Source: Roseburia sp. (GTDB taxonomy: Bacteria; Bacillota; Clostridia; Lachnospirales; Lachnospiraceae). Taken from it: a stretch of DNA of 64,000 nt. Below are positions 35,398 through 45,807 of the stretch, piece after piece. Both the position numbers and the translations under genes were made by a program. The stretch lies in NCBI GenBank assembly GCA_051877675.1, contig JBJEJC010000046.1, forward strand, positions 1,738 through 65,737, given 5' to 3'. The notes under the pieces were generated by a model, which saw nothing but the letters and a program-made list of their open reading frames with translations, was not told the origin of the DNA and searched no databases. Numbering within the stretch: position 1 is the first letter of the stretch; every line of letters begins with the position of its first letter.

Positions 35398-37533
35398 TTA
35401 CATTAATGTATTGACATCCAGGATTAACGCCACTTCGCCATCACCGAGAATGGTAGCGCCGCTGATAATCTTGCTGTTGTTCATGTACTTGCCAAGTGAC
35501 TTGATAACAATTTCCTGCTGTCCTAACAGCCCGTCCACAACAAGTCCTGTCAAATTGTCCCCCTTCTGTACAATAACCACAGTCAGGCTCTCCGGTTCTT
35601 CTTCCTTCGGCGGGCAGTCCAGCATACGATCCAGACGAATCAGCGGGATAACCTTTCCGCGAAGATGAATCACTTCTTTTGCCTCCACATATTTGATATC
35701 CTTCACGGGAATATCCTCAATATTTGAAATGGAGCCCAATGCAATCGCATATTTCTCGTCACGTACTTCCACAAGAAGCGCCTGAATAATTGCAAGGGTC
35801 AGCGGCAGACGCACGGTAAAGGTACTTCCCTCACCTAAAGCTGTCTCTACCTCCACATCACCGCCCAATGCTTCGATATTCGATTTTACAACGTCAAGAC
35901 CTACGCCACGTCCGGAAATATCTGTAATCTTCTTTGCCATGGAAAAGCTTGGCAGAAACAGAAGGTTGATGATTTCCTTCTGACTCATATTCTCCGCCTG
36001 CTCTTCTGTGATAACACCACGCTCAATCGCTTTGGTGCGCACTGCCTCCACATCAATTCCGTTTCCATCATCGCCGACTTTAATGATGACATTATTTCCT
36101 TCCTGGAATGCATTCAGGAAAATTGTCCCGACCTCCGGCTTGCCTCTCTGAATACGGGTCGCATTGTCCTCCAGGCCATGGTCCGCTGAGTTACGGAGCA
36201 AATGCTGCAGCGGGTCACCAATCTGATCCACCACGGTACGGTCAAGCTCGGTATCCTCACCTGTCATATGCAGTTCCATTTTCTTATTGAGCTTTCTGGA
36301 CAAATCACGGATCATTCGCGGGAACTTACTTACTACACTCTCAATAGGAACCATTCGCACTTTCATGACAGATTCATGGAGGCTTGTGGTAATTCGCTCC
36401 AGCGACTCAATTCTTTCATGGAACAACTGATACTGTGAGTTTGCAGTACTTGTGGTATTATCTGCAATGGACACCAGACTGTTCTTTTCGATAATAAGCT
36501 CGGACACCTGATTCATCAGTGTATCCAGTTTTTCAATATCCACACGTACCGTACGGTTTGTGACGGGTTTCGCCACTGCCTGCTTCTTATTGTTTCCTGC
36601 TGATGCCGCCGGTTTTGCCGATGCTGCCGGTGCGGTCTCCGCTGACACTGCCGCCGGTGCTGCTGATGCTTCCGCCGGTGCTGCCGGTGCGGTCTCCGCT
36701 GCCGCCGCAGCAGCCTCCGCTGCCTCCTGCTTGTCCACTAATGTCTCATATTTCACTTCTTCCCCTACCACACGTTCAATCTCGGATACTGCTTTTGCAG
36801 CTTCACAGATTTTCTCGAAGGGTTCGTCGGATGCCATGAAGAAGCTGAAATCATAATCAAAATGTTCGTCTTCAATTTCCTGGGAGCTGGGACTATATAC
36901 AAGGATCTCACCAAATTCCTCCACTGCCTTAAAGACGAGAAATGCTCTGGCCGCCTTTAACAGGCACTCTTTCTGTATGTAGATGGTAAATCCATAAATA
37001 TGTGCGCCGTTATCCTGTGCATCCTTGATTTTGTTTTTCTCCGCCTCATTCAGTTCAACGGTATAATATTTCTTGCCGTCTTCCGCTTCCACAGCACCGC
37101 TTTCCTTTGGTGCCGCTGCCGCCGGTTCCGGTACCGGAGCCTCTCCGTTTGCTGCCGCGATAAAATCATTCAATTCCTTGATGATCAGCTCGTTTTCTTC
37201 CGTTCCCTCGTCCGAGCTTTCTTTTACGCTCGTAAGATATCCTTCAATGGCATCCAGACATTTGAACAGAAGATCAATCATGGAACTGTTTACCTTGATT
37301 TTATCACTGCGGACTTCCTGGAACACATTCTCCATATCATGGGTCAGGCGCTGCATACGCTTAAATCCCATGGTTCCCGCCATTCCCTTTAAGGAGTGTG
37401 CTGCACGGAAAATCTCATTGATGGTATCCATATTCTCCGGCTCTTTTTCCAGAACCATGATGCAGTCACTTAAGTTCTGTAAATGTTCATCTGCTTCATC
37501 GATAAATACTTCAAGATACTGGCTTACATCCAT
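35398..37533 (-). CDS. cheA: Chemotaxis histidine kinase CheA
   Basis: Hpt IFRAAHSLKG, P2 domain, TVRVD, HLLRNSADHG, DDGNG, SGRGVGLDVV and C-terminal CheW domain. Confidence 0.98.
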   Translation of the reverse strand: MDVSQYLEVFIDEADEHLQNLSDCIMVLEKEPENMDTINEIFRAAHSLKGMAGTMGFKRMQRLTHDMENVFQEVRSDKIKVNSSMIDLLFKCLDAIEGYLTSVKESSDEGTEENELIIKELNDFIAAANGEAPVPEPAAAAPKESGAVEAEDGKKYYTVELNEAEKNKIKDAQDNGAHIYGFTIYIQKECLLKAARAFLVFKAVEEFGEILVYSPSSQEIEDEHFDYDFSFFMASDEPFEKICEAAKAVSEIERVVGEEVKYETLVDKQEAAEAAAAAAETAPAAPAEASAAPAAVSAETAPAASAKPAASAGNNKKQAVAKPVTNRTVRVDIEKLDTLMNQVSELIIEKNSLVSIADNTTSTANSQYQLFHERIESLERITTSLHESVMKVRMVPIESVVSKFPRMIRDLSRKLNKKMELHMTGEDTELDRTVVDQIGDPLQHLLRNSADHGLEDNATRIQRGKPEVGTIFLNAFQEGNNVIIKVGDDGNGIDVEAVRTKAIERGVITEEQAENMSQKEIINLLFLPSFSMAKKITDISGRGVGLDVVKSNIEALGGDVEVETALGEGSTFTVRLPLTLAIIQALLVEVRDEKYAIALGSISNIEDIPVKDIKYVEAKEVIHLRGKVIPLIRLDRMLDCPPKEEEPESLTVVIVQKGDNLTGLVVDGLLGQQEIVIKSLGKYMNNSKIISGATILGDGEVALILDVNTLM

Positions 37534-37534
37534 A

Positions 37535-38596
37535 CTACTGTACCCCCACATTCTTTGTGATAGTTTGAGCTACTTCTTCCAGTGGAACTACTTCATCTAC
37601 CATACCGGCATCAGCAATCGCCTTAGGCATCCCGTATACAACACAGGTGCTGGCATTCTGCCCAATCACATAAACCGGTTTGCTTTTTGCCAGAGACAGG
37701 ATTCCGTTGGTCCCGTCTGCTCCCATTCCTGTCAGCACCACACACACTACCTGATCATATCCGCTGTTTTTCAGAGAATCATAGGTAATATTGGCGCAGG
37801 GACGCAGACCTCCAATCGGGGGCATTTCATTCAGGGAAATTTTATGCCCTCCCGCACACTTCACGACCTCCATGTGCTTTCCACCCGGCGCAATGTATAC
37901 CGTTCCCTTCTGCAGGATATCGCCCTCCTCAGCCTCCTTTACCTTTATCGGGCTGATTTCGTTCAGACGATCTGCCATGGACTTGGTGAATCCTGCGGGC
38001 ATATGCTGTACCAGTACCATCGGCGCATTCAGATCCTTGGGAAGTTTGGGGATTACGCTCTGCAGGGCTTTTGGACCTCCGGTTGAACAGGCAAGGGCAA
38101 CAATCTTATTTCCGCTTTTGAGTCCTGTGCTTTTTTTCTTCGGAGCTGCAGGTGTCTTGGCAAGCCCTGTGCTCCGAATTGACTGATTGTAGTTCTCTGT
38201 CTTTACCACAGCCATAAGCACTTCAATCAGTGTTTTTCGGAACTGCTCACCTTTCGCCTCCACGATATTGGTAGGCTTTGTCACAAAATCCACCGCTCCG
38301 CGTTCCATTGCCCGGATTGTCACATCCGCATCCTTTGTGGTCATGGTACTTACCATAATCACGGTTGCATTAATCCGTTCCCGCTGGAGTCTCTCCAGAA
38401 GCTCCAGACCTCCCATATGCGGCATATTTACATCCAGAATCACACCATCATACTTTGTTGTCTTAAGCTTCTCATATGCCTCGAGACCATCCCGGCATAC
38501 ATCATTTGCTTGAAATGTTCCATCTGAGTTAATTATATCACAGATGACCCTTCTCATAAGTGCAGAATCATCAACAACCAAAATATTTTTCTTCAT
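37535..38596 (-). CDS. cheB: Protein-glutamate methylesterase CheB
   Basis: Receiver domain VVDDS...LDVNMP; STGGP, VQHMP and LTGMGADG. Confidence 0.96.
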   Translation of the reverse strand: MKKNILVVDDSALMRRVICDIINSDGTFQANDVCRDGLEAYEKLKTTKYDGVILDVNMPHMGGLELLERLQRERINATVIMVSTMTTKDADVTIRAMERGAVDFVTKPTNIVEAKGEQFRKTLIEVLMAVVKTENYNQSIRSTGLAKTPAAPKKKSTGLKSGNKIVALACSTGGPKALQSVIPKLPKDLNAPMVLVQHMPAGFTKSMADRLNEISPIKVKEAEEGDILQKGTVYIAPGGKHMEVVKCAGGHKISLNEMPPIGGLRPCANITYDSLKNSGYDQVVCVVLTGMGADGTNGILSLAKSKPVYVIGQNASTCVVYGMPKAIADAGMVDEVVPLEEVAQTITKNVGVQ

Positions 38597-38609
38597 AAAA
38601 TTCACCTTA

Positions 38610-39359
38610 TCAGTGCTTGATTGAACGTGCCTTCCGGTCTTCTTCAAAAATAAACTGAATGATTTCTTCTCTTACCTTATCGTCCTTCAACAGGAACTTG
38701 ACACGGCTCTCATAATGTCTTTCCTTTGCCGCTGTAACTGGAATACTCTCAATCACCTGCCCCACAAGATAATACATCTTATTAAGCTTATCATTGACAA
38801 GTCTTAGGGCAAGCATAATATATTTTCCTGCCTCCAGTGGCTCCGGTACATTCAGCCGGACACCGCCTCCGCTGATGTCCACCATTTTACAGGTATGCTC
38901 CCGCGAACCAACCTCTTCCCCCTCGCTCAGGCGAACAAAAATGGCATCCCCGGAATTCATTTTTGCCTCCTCCTCGGTCAGATCATAATAATCCACCTCT
39001 ATGACCATGGGAAGCCGGTAATATTCTCTTCGCTGAAATCTTTCTAAAGAAGATTTCAGACGAATCAGCAGCATATATATATTTTCCTTCTTATAGCGCT
39101 CCACAATGATACCAGTAGCACGGTACATTCCGCCGCCCCCGTAAAAGATAAACTCAAACCTGACATTCAGAGGCAGAAGCATAAGCCTTCCTCCCTCCGT
39201 AGGCATCAGCACTTCAATATCTTCATTGGGCTTGATATCCAGGATCTGGCTCTTATAGATTTTAGCATTTTTTGCTTCTCCATCCGTTTGTTCCACCACC
39301 TGCTGTATCAGCCGAATGTCAATTTTATTTCCCGGATGGAGTAATTCTGAAATTTTCAT
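38610..39359 (-). CDS. Flagellar brake protein (YcgR/PilZ, c-di-GMP binding)
   Basis: PilZ motifs QRREYYR and DISGGG. Confidence 0.9.
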   Translation of the reverse strand: MKISELLHPGNKIDIRLIQQVVEQTDGEAKNAKIYKSQILDIKPNEDIEVLMPTEGGRLMLLPLNVRFEFIFYGGGGMYRATGIIVERYKKENIYMLLIRLKSSLERFQRREYYRLPMVIEVDYYDLTEEEAKMNSGDAIFVRLSEGEEVGSREHTCKMVDISGGGVRLNVPEPLEAGKYIMLALRLVNDKLNKMYYLVGQVIESIPVTAAKERHYESRVKFLLKDDKVREEIIQFIFEEDRKARSIKH

Positions 39360-39371
39360 CCTGTCAACTCC

Positions 39372-40250
39372 TCACTCTCTGTGGCGCAATAAATCCGAAA
39401 ACATTTTTGCGATTCCCCAGTTCAGCCGTACAGGTTTACGCTCATCATTAAGCAGATTCGAGGTCATCACCTCAAATGCCCGGGCTGAATTACTTCTGGG
39501 CTGATAGATTGATACGATTTTCTGCTGACGCACTGCCTTTTCCAATATCGCATCCTGTGGAATCATTCCAAGATAGCCAACGGTTCCGTGAAGGAACTGC
39601 TGAACCACAGAATTCAGCTTTTCATAGACATTTCTGCCCTCCTCCTCCGACGTAACACGGTTTGAAACAATATTGACAGATACGGCTCCCGGATTAAAAC
39701 CTGGATTCCGGTAAAGTGTCTTAAGCAGAGAGTAGGAATCGGTCAGTGAACTCGGATCCGGCGTCGTAACCACCAGGACCTCCTGGCTTGCCGCCACAAA
39801 TTCCAGCACCTGATCCGATATTCCTGCTCCGGTATCAATCAAAATCACATCCGCCAGCTCATCCAGTTCGCCAAGACACTTCACCAAATACATAATCTGT
39901 TCCCTGGTAAGCTGGTTCATTCCCACAATCCCGGCGCCTCCGGAAACAAATCCGATTTCCATCGGACCCTCCGTTATAATCTCACGGATATTTTTCCCAC
40001 GGTAAATCAAGTCACTAAGATTATACTTCGGCATTGCGCCAAACATAACCTCTACATTCGCCAACCCGAAATCCGCATCAAAGATTAGTACTCTTTTTCC
40101 CTGTCTGCGCATCCAGACCGCAAGGTTTACCGCTACATTTGATTTCCCGACTCCGCCTTTTCCACTGGTTATGGTAATTACCCTGGCACTTGGCTTAATT
40201 GCCTGATTTTTCAGTTTTATCACATTTCTTAGGCTTTCTGCCTGATCCAT
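39372..40250 (-). CDS. flhG: MinD-like flagellar ATPase FlhG
   Basis: MDQAESLR, SGKGGVGKS, DADFGLAN, DTGAG; follows flhF. Confidence 0.92.
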   Translation of the reverse strand: MDQAESLRNVIKLKNQAIKPSARVITITSGKGGVGKSNVAVNLAVWMRRQGKRVLIFDADFGLANVEVMFGAMPKYNLSDLIYRGKNIREIITEGPMEIGFVSGGAGIVGMNQLTREQIMYLVKCLGELDELADVILIDTGAGISDQVLEFVAASQEVLVVTTPDPSSLTDSYSLLKTLYRNPGFNPGAVSVNIVSNRVTSEEEGRNVYEKLNSVVQQFLHGTVGYLGMIPQDAILEKAVRQQKIVSIYQPRSNSARAFEVMTSNLLNDERKPVRLNWGIAKMFSDLLRHRE

Positions 40251-40253
40251 AAA

Positions 40254-41528
40254 CTACCTTCCTCCCAGGAGCTGCTTCACAATCTTTTGCGTATTGAATT
40301 CCTCTATATCATCCGGAACATTCTGACCATATGCCGTATAGGAAACCTCCGCCCCGGAATATAGTCTGATATTGAGAATATTCCCCAGCGATGCCGTCTC
40401 ATCCAGCTTCGTGAAAATCAGTTTATAGTCTGCTATTTCCTTGTAGATATCCACAATATCCAAAAGATCCCGATATTTCGTAGTCGCACTTAAAACAAGA
40501 AAAACTTCCTTCTCATATTCCTCTCCCAGACCGCCAATGAGCTTTTTCATATCCTCACACTGAACCTCATTCCGATGGGAAAAGCCTGCCGTATCCACAA
40601 ATACAAAATCATAGTCACTGACTCTTGCAATCGCATCATTTAACTCCTCCGCAGAATAAATAATGCTCATCGGAGAATCGAGAATATTGGCATACACCCG
40701 CAACTGCTCTGTCGCTGCAATCCGGTATGTATCTGCTGTCAGAAATGCAACGCGTTTTCCGTATTCCACCTTATAACGGGAAGCAATCTTTGCAATGGTA
40801 GTAGTTTTTCCTACACCGGTAGGTCCGATAAAGAAAATGACACGGGGTTTCTTTCCATTCAGCGCAATCGGATGGGGCTGTCCAAATTTCAAAATCATTT
40901 TCTGATAAACACTGGAAAGGATGTAATCCACACTGCTTCCACTGTGCATCACCTTCTCAGCCTCGTCCATAATCTGATTGACGTACTTCTCATTCACATC
41001 ATTTTCCAAAAGGGTGCGGTAAAGCATCTTGATCAACTGGAATCCCTCCTGATTCGCCGCCGTTTTCTCCAGTTTTGGCTCCTGCACTTCCTTTTCCGCC
41101 ACACGGCTTCCCTCCGCCGCAAACTGCTTCTCCAGTATGCTGGAAAGATCTTCCAGGCGTTTCCCAAGTTCTTCACTGTCAATTTCACTTTTGGGTTTTG
41201 CCGTAGACTGCTCCATTTTCTTCTCCTGCGTCTTCTCCTCCGGTGCGCTGCTCTGCTGCAACCGGGAAAGGTTTAAGTTTTCGTCCGCTGCCAGGTTAAT
41301 GCTCTCATGCATCTTCATCGGTGTTCCCAGTGCCTGCAGCGGATTGTTGAATTTCTCCTTTTCTTCAATGGCTGCTGTCACCTCAAATGTGGAGCTTTTA
41401 AAAACCTTAAAGACTCCCTTTGGTTTAATTTCTTTGACATTCATTACCACCGCACCGGCACCCAGCTCCTGCTTTGCCTTCTCAATTGCTTCTTCTTTTG
41501 TCTTTCCCTGATATTTATTGATTGTCAT
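40254..41528 (-). CDS. flhF: Flagellar SRP-type GTPase FlhF
   Basis: GPTGVGKTTTIAK, DTYRIAA, DTAG, TKLDE, GQNVPDD. Confidence 0.96.
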   Translation of the reverse strand: MTINKYQGKTKEEAIEKAKQELGAGAVVMNVKEIKPKGVFKVFKSSTFEVTAAIEEKEKFNNPLQALGTPMKMHESINLAADENLNLSRLQQSSAPEEKTQEKKMEQSTAKPKSEIDSEELGKRLEDLSSILEKQFAAEGSRVAEKEVQEPKLEKTAANQEGFQLIKMLYRTLLENDVNEKYVNQIMDEAEKVMHSGSSVDYILSSVYQKMILKFGQPHPIALNGKKPRVIFFIGPTGVGKTTTIAKIASRYKVEYGKRVAFLTADTYRIAATEQLRVYANILDSPMSIIYSAEELNDAIARVSDYDFVFVDTAGFSHRNEVQCEDMKKLIGGLGEEYEKEVFLVLSATTKYRDLLDIVDIYKEIADYKLIFTKLDETASLGNILNIRLYSGAEVSYTAYGQNVPDDIEEFNTQKIVKQLLGGR

Positions 41529-43562
41529 TTACGCGGTCACCATCCCTACTGATTGTAATTCTACGTTTGATTCAACCTCATTGTATGAGACTACAATCAG
41601 GTCCTTAAAATAATCTTCTGTCAGCTTTTTAAAGTACATTCTTACAATCGGAGATGTAATAACGATTGCACTCTTTCCCATATTTTCAAGCTTTGCGACT
41701 TCATTCTCCACAGAGCCCATAATTGCCTTGGTCTTGTCCGGATCCAGCGTAAGGTACGCGCCCTGTTCCGTCTGTTTTACAGAAGACATGATTTCCTGCT
41801 CCAGCTTCGGGTCCAGAGTAATGACGCTCGTAGTCTCATTTGCCGGAAAATATTTGCTGGAAATTGCACGTTTCAAGCCCTGTCTTACGTATTCCGTAAG
41901 TACATCCGTATCTCTGGTAGCAGATGCATGATCTGCCAGTGTCTCAAAAATCGTAAGCAGATCGCGGATGGAAATTCCCTCGCTAAGCAGATTCTGCAAT
42001 ACCTTCTGAATTTCTCCAAGTCCAAGGAGCTTTGGCACCAGTTCTTCCACCAGAACCGGATTGCTCTCTTTTAAATTGTTGACCAGATTCTGGACATCCT
42101 GTCTGGTAAGCAGTTCCGCAATGTGGGAACGAATTACCTCCGTCAGATGCGTTGCAATGATAGACGGCGGGTCTACCACGGTATATCCAAGACTCTCCGC
42201 ACGCTCCCGCTGGCTCTCCGTAATCCAGATTGCCGGCAGATGGAAGGACGGTTCAAAGGTAGGAATACCGGTAATTTCCTCCTCCACATAACCTGGGTTC
42301 ATTGCCATATAATGATCAAACAGAATCTCGCCTTCTGTCACCTGGATACCCTTAATCTTGATAATATACTGGTTCGGATTCAACTGGATATTATCACGCA
42401 GACGGATAATCGGAACAACGGTACCAAGCTCCATGGCAATCTGGCGCCGTATCATTACCACACGATCCAAAAGGTCTCCGCCCTGATTCACATCAGCCAA
42501 CGGAATAATGCCATAACCAAACTCCAGTTCTATTGGGTCCACCTGCAGCAGAGAAACCACATTTTCGGGGCGACGGATTTCCTCCGCTTCTGCCTCCGCT
42601 TCGTTTGCTTCCTCCTCAATACTTTCAATCGCACTGTTCTTCTCCACTGAACGCCCGGCAATTGCAAATACCAGACCCAACGGTACGAACAGATAAACCT
42701 TGAGCGGAGTCACAATTCCCAGGAAAGCCAGAGTTGCGCCTACGATATAAAGAACCTTGGGAATACCAAACAACTGGGACACCAGTACATGACTGAAATC
42801 CGCCTCCTTAGATGCCTTCGTTACCAGAATACCGGTTGCCAGTGAAATCAGAAGTGACGGAATCTGAGAACAAAGTCCATCACCAATGGTAAGCAGGCCG
42901 TAATGCTGGATTGCCTCACTAAACTCCATTCCTCCTCGCAATACACCCATAATGGTTCCGCCTATCAGGTTGACAAACGTAATAATCAGTCCGGCTGCCG
43001 CATCTCCCTTTACATACTTGGTGGCACCATCCATAGAACCGAAAAAGCTGGATTCCTCCTGGATCTTATTCCGTCGTTCTCTCGCTTCCTTCTCTGTGAT
43101 TGTACCAGTGTTTAAGTCTGCATCAATTGCCATCTGTTTACCGGGCATTGCGTCCAGAGTAAAACGTGCCGTTACCTCTGCCACACGCTCAGAACCTTTA
43201 TTAATGACAACAAACTGAATGATGATAAGGATAATGAACACGATGGCACCGATTACCATATCACCGCCACCTACAAACTGACCGAAGGTTTCCACCACAT
43301 TACCCGGTGAACCTGTAGTCAGAATCAGACGTGTTGACGACACGTTCAACGCAATTCGGAAAATGGTGGTAAATAACAGAAGGGTCGGGAAAAAGGCCAT
43401 ATCCAGAACTTCCTGCACGAATAATGTGTTAAACAGTACAATCAATGCAATGGAAATGTTGATTGCCAGCATGACATCCAATAGGGTGGAAGATATCGGC
43501 ACTATCAAAAAGATGACTGCAGCAAGTATGTACAGTGCAACACCTATGTCAGATTTCTTCAT
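41529..43562 (-). CDS. flhA: Flagellar export protein FlhA
   Basis: KGSERVAEVTARFTLDAMPGKQMAIDADL, FFGSMDGATKYVKGD. Confidence 0.98.
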   Translation of the reverse strand: MKKSDIGVALYILAAVIFLIVPISSTLLDVMLAINISIALIVLFNTLFVQEVLDMAFFPTLLLFTTIFRIALNVSSTRLILTTGSPGNVVETFGQFVGGGDMVIGAIVFIILIIIQFVVINKGSERVAEVTARFTLDAMPGKQMAIDADLNTGTITEKEARERRNKIQEESSFFGSMDGATKYVKGDAAAGLIITFVNLIGGTIMGVLRGGMEFSEAIQHYGLLTIGDGLCSQIPSLLISLATGILVTKASKEADFSHVLVSQLFGIPKVLYIVGATLAFLGIVTPLKVYLFVPLGLVFAIAGRSVEKNSAIESIEEEANEAEAEAEEIRRPENVVSLLQVDPIELEFGYGIIPLADVNQGGDLLDRVVMIRRQIAMELGTVVPIIRLRDNIQLNPNQYIIKIKGIQVTEGEILFDHYMAMNPGYVEEEITGIPTFEPSFHLPAIWITESQRERAESLGYTVVDPPSIIATHLTEVIRSHIAELLTRQDVQNLVNNLKESNPVLVEELVPKLLGLGEIQKVLQNLLSEGISIRDLLTIFETLADHASATRDTDVLTEYVRQGLKRAISSKYFPANETTSVITLDPKLEQEIMSSVKQTEQGAYLTLDPDKTKAIMGSVENEVAKLENMGKSAIVITSPIVRMYFKKLTEDYFKDLIVVSYNEVESNVELQSVGMVTA

Positions 43563-43582
43563 GCCATTTCCTCCTTAAGTTT

Positions 43583-44713
43583 CTATTTGTTCTTCCTATT
43601 ATAAACCATTGCAAGAACTTCCGCTACTGCCTGATACAATTCGGGTGGAATTTCTTCTCCAATTTCCACATTGGCATACAGCATTCTCGCAAGGGGCTTG
43701 TTTTCTACGATTTCTATTCCATTCTCTTTTGCAGCTTCTTTAATCTTCTGTGCCAGATAGTCCTCACCCTTTGCCAGCACCACCGGCGCTCTTGCCTTTT
43801 CTGCCTCATACTTAATCGCAACTGCAAAATGGGTCGGGTTAGTGATGACCACATCCGCCTTGGGAACGTCCTGCATCATACGCTTTCGGGATGCCTCCCT
43901 CATACGCTGACGCTGACGGCCTTTAATCTCCGGATTTCCCTCTGTATTCTTATACTCATCCTTAACCTCCTGCTTCGTCATCTTCATGTCTTCCTTGAAG
44001 CGGAACTTCTGATAAATAAAATCCGCAATACCGACAATCAGATATACGAGACTGATTTTAAATCCGGTATTGATGACGATATCCCCGCAGAAGGCAATCG
44101 CCTGATTTAACGGCATATCATATAAGATAAAAATTTTATCCGCATCACCACGGATAGAAGTATATGCCACATAAACAATCAAAAATATTTTTAAAATAGA
44201 CTTTGCCAGTTCAAACAGCGAATCCTTAGAAATAATACGCTTAAATCCATTGATTGGATTAAATTTATCCGGCTTGGGTTTTAATGGCTTTGCTGTGACC
44301 TTCCACCCCACCTGCAAAACGGAGACCAATGCAGTAACGGAAAATCCAAAAATCATAAAAGGAATTGTCAGCTTTATGATTTCAAGTAATATCTTGTAGA
44401 GAAATGCAGCCACTTCCTGCTCGGAAAAACTTTTCGCGCTCTGTCTTGCCAGCGTCGACATGGAACCGTAAGCAAAATCAAAGGTCTCCAGAAACCCGCT
44501 CCCCACAAATCCAACAAACGCCTTCAATACCAAAAAGAAAACTATGAGGTCAATGGCGGACACCAGTTCCTTACTCTTAGAAACCTTTCCCTCTTCTCTC
44601 GCCTCTCTTAACTTCTTCGCAGTTGCCGGCTCTGTCTTCTCTCCGCCGGGTCCGTCTTTGGCAAACCATTGAAGATCATAGGCGAGAACCCATTCGCTTC
44701 CTTTTTGTTCCAT
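43583..44713 (-). CDS. flhB: Flagellar export protein FlhB
   Basis: EKTEPAT.KK...AREEG and autocleavage motif NPTH. Confidence 0.97.
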   Translation of the reverse strand: MEQKGSEWVLAYDLQWFAKDGPGGEKTEPATAKKLREAREEGKVSKSKELVSAIDLIVFFLVLKAFVGFVGSGFLETFDFAYGSMSTLARQSAKSFSEQEVAAFLYKILLEIIKLTIPFMIFGFSVTALVSVLQVGWKVTAKPLKPKPDKFNPINGFKRIISKDSLFELAKSILKIFLIVYVAYTSIRGDADKIFILYDMPLNQAIAFCGDIVINTGFKISLVYLIVGIADFIYQKFRFKEDMKMTKQEVKDEYKNTEGNPEIKGRQRQRMREASRKRMMQDVPKADVVITNPTHFAVAIKYEAEKARAPVVLAKGEDYLAQKIKEAAKENGIEIVENKPLARMLYANVEIGEEIPPELYQAVAEVLAMVYNRKNK

Positions 44714-44714
44714 C

Positions 44715-45494
44715 CTAATACATTCCTTCTATGAACATAACCATAAGTCTCCGCATCTCCTGGAAAATAAAATCTGCAACCACCGGAAGCATGGAAACTG
44801 TCACCAGCAAGATGGTAAGACCCAACAGCAGCTTCATCTGCATACCCACAGCAAACATATTCATCTGTGGTGCTACCTTCGCCATAATGCCCAGAATACT
44901 GCTCAGAATCATCATGCAGATGAAAATAGGAAGTACGATACGGAAACCAATGTTAAACATATTTCCCATATAAGTCGTCATCGATGTCAGCAGGCTGTCC
45001 CAATGAAACACCTGTCCATTGATTGGTATTACCTGATAGGAATCCACTAACGCCCTCAGAATCACATGATGCATATCCGTCACAACAAGCAACAGTAAAA
45101 TAAAGTACTGGTATAAGCTGCCGGTGATAGTAACCTGATTGTTGGTGGTCGGATCAAAAACCATTGCCATGGACAAACCAATATCCATGTCAATAATGTT
45201 TCCTGCAAATAAAATAATGGAATTACAAATGTTTGCAGCAAGTCCAATCAGCAACCCTGTAATTCCTTCCTTTAAAACTATGATTGCATACCCAAAAAGA
45301 CCCGTATACTCAATGCCTGTCTTATCCACCACTCCATAGAGCACGATGGCAACAGCCGCAGAAAACCCAATTTTTACCTTATTGGGAACCCCCTGTGTTC
45401 CAAAGAACGGCGCGATATATACAAAACAGGATATGCGTACCAATATTAAAATCAGTATCTCCAGATTAGCCAGTGAAAACGTGTAATTAACCAT
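44715..45494 (-). CDS. fliR: Flagellar export protein FliR
   Basis: Hydrophobic; AGNIIDMDIGL, PQMNMFAVG; position in the operon. Confidence 0.94.
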   Translation of the reverse strand: MVNYTFSLANLEILILILVRISCFVYIAPFFGTQGVPNKVKIGFSAAVAIVLYGVVDKTGIEYTGLFGYAIIVLKEGITGLLIGLAANICNSIILFAGNIIDMDIGLSMAMVFDPTTNNQVTITGSLYQYFILLLLVVTDMHHVILRALVDSYQVIPINGQVFHWDSLLTSMTTYMGNMFNIGFRIVLPIFICMMILSSILGIMAKVAPQMNMFAVGMQMKLLLGLTILLVTVSMLPVVADFIFQEMRRLMVMFIEGMY

Positions 45495-45500
45495 AAACTA

Positions 45501-45773
45501 TTAACCGCCAAGATACAAGCTGAAATTCGACCACAAGGACTGAATAAGTGTTGTCAGATTCTTAAGAATCCAGGGTCCAAAAATCATAATTCCCACAAAC
45601 ACTGCCACAATCTTAGGTACGAAAGTTAACGTCTGCTCCTGAATAGAAGTAACCGTCTGGATAATACTGATAATCAGCCCCACCACAAGCGAAATAATCA
45701 GCAGCGGAGCTGAACAAATGATAATCGTATAAATTGCCTCCCGGGCAATATCAAGAACCTGCCCTTCTGTCAC
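45501..45773 (-). CDS. fliQ: Flagellar export protein FliQ
   Basis: QTVTSIQEQTLTFVPK. Confidence 0.96.
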   Translation of the reverse strand: MTEGQVLDIAREAIYTIIICSAPLLIISLVVGLIISIIQTVTSIQEQTLTFVPKIVAVFVGIMIFGPWILKNLTTLIQSLWSNFSLYLGG

Positions 45774-45807
45774 TTTCTATCCCCTCCTTTGCTGAAAGCT
45801 GCTCTGT

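Noticed and set aside
36600-36730. Ala/Pro-rich direct repeats in cheA
   Set aside because: Ordinary flexible P2-P3 linker of CheA.
36560-38086. Long plus-strand ORFs antisense to cheA/cheB, and similar ones opposite polC, fliI/fliJ and the deacetylase
   Set aside because: These are shadow ORFs of conserved genes with no recognisable motifs or RBS.
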